Shown here piece after piece: positions 16,759-18,181 of a stretch of DNA of 18,181 nt. The notes beneath the pieces are model-generated. The model was not told the DNA's origin. It searched no databases and saw only the letters and a list, made by a program, of their open reading frames with translations. Numbering within the stretch: the stretch's first letter is position 1; the number at the start of each line of letters is the position of its first letter. Source of the stretch: a virus (Duplodnaviria; Heunggongvirae; Uroviricota; Caudoviricetes); the IMG/VR virus record IMGVR_UViG_2869953405_000003, one strand, 5' to 3'. The position numbers and the translations under genes are program-made.

Positions 16759-17157
16759 TCAGTCTTTCAGGACGTACCCAATAGAAAGGCCGGTTAACGA
16801 ACCGGCCTTCATGTGTGCATGTGCACGTTTTGCGAGGGGATCATCATCAATAAGCAACCGTCCCCTGACGTAAAGCCCGACATCGTCTTCCTTCATTTCG
16901 GTGTAAACACCGATGGGTTCATCCATGCGGTGCTGCCAGAGCAGCGCAGGTAACGCTTTTCTGTCACTCCACGCCCGCAGGGAAGCAGCAAATGCCCCGG
17001 ACATCACCACATCATCGTGGCTGTCCTTTACACCAAAGACGGAGCCATACCCTTCAAACTCACCGGAGTCACTGACAGATTTCAGACTCAGCGGTACATC
17101 AAGACGTTGTTTCGTCTGCATTGGCGTTATCCTTCTGCTTACCGGCCTTACTGCCAT
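16759..17157 (-). pseudogene. prohead maturation protease (HK97-type), C-terminally truncated by the IS600-like element
   Basis: 132-aa ORF with the motif layout EGYGSVFGVKDSHDDVVMSGAFAASL...LWQH...GLSIGY as I recall it for this protease family. Its stop codon TGA is the first three bases of the IS inverted repeat (16761..16759). Confidence 0.7.
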
Positions 17158-17211
17158 CGGAGGGTTTCGTGGTCATGTTCATCGGTGTGAGATAGACATC
17201 ACCACCGGGAC

Positions 17212-18181
17212 TAATGCCAGTCAGTTAAGCAACTGACTGGCTCTTTTTCGGGGCTGTGGGGTATTTCCAGGGCCTCTCCTTTACCACTCTCGGGAAGGCC
17301 CTTTCCCTTCTCGTCGGTAATTTCACAAGTTGTCCCATACTTGCAAGATCGCGCATCAGCTCCGGTATACGTCCCGGTGAAGCGCCCTGCAATGTCATCA
17401 GCATTCTCATCACCATTCCGCATGATTCTGAGAAACTCAGTTGATTCGGCCAGTAACCTTTCAGATGTTCCGCCATTTTAATCATCTGATATCTCACCAG
17501 ATTATAAGCCAGTAAGACACCCCACAGCTCTTGCTCCACAAGCTCCGGCTTTTTACTTCTCAGCGTCAGCCTGCTCAGTTGCATCGTCTGTTTTATCTCC
17601 CTGTATCCCAGTTCGATTTCCCAGCGATGACTGTACAGATCCGCCATTTCTCCTCCGGGGAAGCGCATGGCGTCCGTCATCGACGTCAGCAGATGGCAGA
17701 CTTTTCCTTTGCGCGTCACGGTCAGCAGGCGGGCTGTCACTTCATTTCCCAGTCCCGGCCACTTTTTTCGTGCCTGCGGGCTGGTTTTCAGCTTCACCAG
17801 ATGATCGCCTTTACCCAGTTTTCTGAGCTCTTCATATTGCGCTCCCTTTCTGAGAGGTATCATCCAGTGGCGGTGTTCTCCCGCCAGGCTCCAGGCATTT
17901 AACAGTCCCAGTGAGTAATAACCTTTATCCATTAACGTCAGAGTGTTATCGCCGGTTTGTTCTATAAGTTGCTCAGCAAGCTCATTTTCGCTGTTCTTCA
18001 TCGTGCCGAAGGCTGCAGCCGTCAGCAGATGGCTGGTCAGTTCCATCTGGCAGACCATTTTGACCTGCGGGTAGAGCGCCGGGTTCCCGGCATGTGTCTG
18101 GCGGGGGAAGGCTGCATCGTTCTCTGGTGTATCCGGTGTGCGCCAGAACACACCATCGATGGCCAGCAGGGCAGGCCGCAC
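17212..18181 (-). mobile_element. IS4, partial (runs off the window edge); inner boundary approximate
   Basis: Contains the C-terminal 318 aa of an IS4-type transposase. A perfect 11-bp inverted repeat GCCAGTCAGTT / AACTGACTGGC at 17216..17241 overlaps the stop codon. The boundary near 17212 is inferred, not verified. Confidence 0.7.
17225..18181 (-). CDS. IS4 transposase, N-terminally truncated by the window edge
   Basis: 318-aa partial ORF ...[49 protein letters not shown]..., recognised from memory as IS4-family. Confidence 0.85.
   Translation of the reverse strand: MRPALLAIDGVFWRTPDTPENDAAFPRQTHAGNPALYPQVKMVCQMELTSHLLTAAAFGTMKNSENELAEQLIEQTGDNTLTLMDKGYYSLGLLNAWSLAGEHRHWMIPLRKGAQYEELRKLGKGDHLVKLKTSPQARKKWPGLGNEVTARLLTVTRKGKVCHLLTSMTDAMRFPGGEMADLYSHRWEIELGYREIKQTMQLSRLTLRSKKPELVEQELWGVLLAYNLVRYQMIKMAEHLKGYWPNQLSFSESCGMVMRMLMTLQGASPGRIPELMRDLASMGQLVKLPTRRERAFPRVVKERPWKYPTAPKKSQSVA

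Larger units (their letters stand above)
15499..16761 (-). mobile_element. IS600-like IS3-family insertion sequence, 1263 bp, no target-site duplication
   Basis: Ends TGAGGTAGCCTGAGTTTAACGGAC (minus strand at 16761) and TGAGGTGTACTGGCAATAGCGGAC (plus strand at 15499) form imperfect TG...CA inverted repeats. Carries orfA and orfB with an A AAA AAG motif. Flanking triplets CCT (15496..15498) and GTC (16762..16764) differ. Confidence 0.85.

Noticed and set aside
17211-17423. 70-aa minus-strand ORF inside IS4
   Set aside because: It is an alternative-frame ORF overlapping the IS4 transposase C-terminus, with no independent support.
1-18181. CRISPR array or cas genes
   Set aside because: No regularly spaced direct repeats and no Cas-like ORFs anywhere in the window.

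Overview
The window opens with a complete tmRNA gene (ssrA, 40..402, + strand) and then runs into the tail-fibre end of a defective myovirus-type prophage, with every phage gene on the minus strand. Read in the direction of transcription (right to left) the order is: partial IS4, an HK97-type prohead protease fragment, an IS600-like IS3-family element, then tail sheath, tail tube, tail chaperone (with a predicted -1 frameshift extension), tape measure, an AT-rich lipoprotein gene split by IS1, and Mu-type gp43 to gp48 homologues (DNA-circularisation N-like, baseplate hub, spike, gp46, baseplate J split by a second IS1, gp48), followed by a tail fibre, a tail-fibre-assembly gene with a premature stop, a second fibre with a lambda-Stf-type N-terminus, and fragmented ORFs before a terminator. 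The tail gene order matches phage Mu and the head protease is HK97-like, a mosaic of the kind described for Shigella phage SfV. All identifications rest on reading the supplied ORF translations and on recalled family motifs; no database search was run. I found no CRISPR array, reverse transcriptase, invertase, integrase or recognisable defence system. The most plausible candidate for something undescribed is the AT-rich lipoprotein moron between the tape-measure and N-like genes, which is itself inactivated by IS1. The rest reads as prophage decay: capsid genes missing beside the IS600-like element, four IS copies, a nonsense codon and frameshifted fragments.
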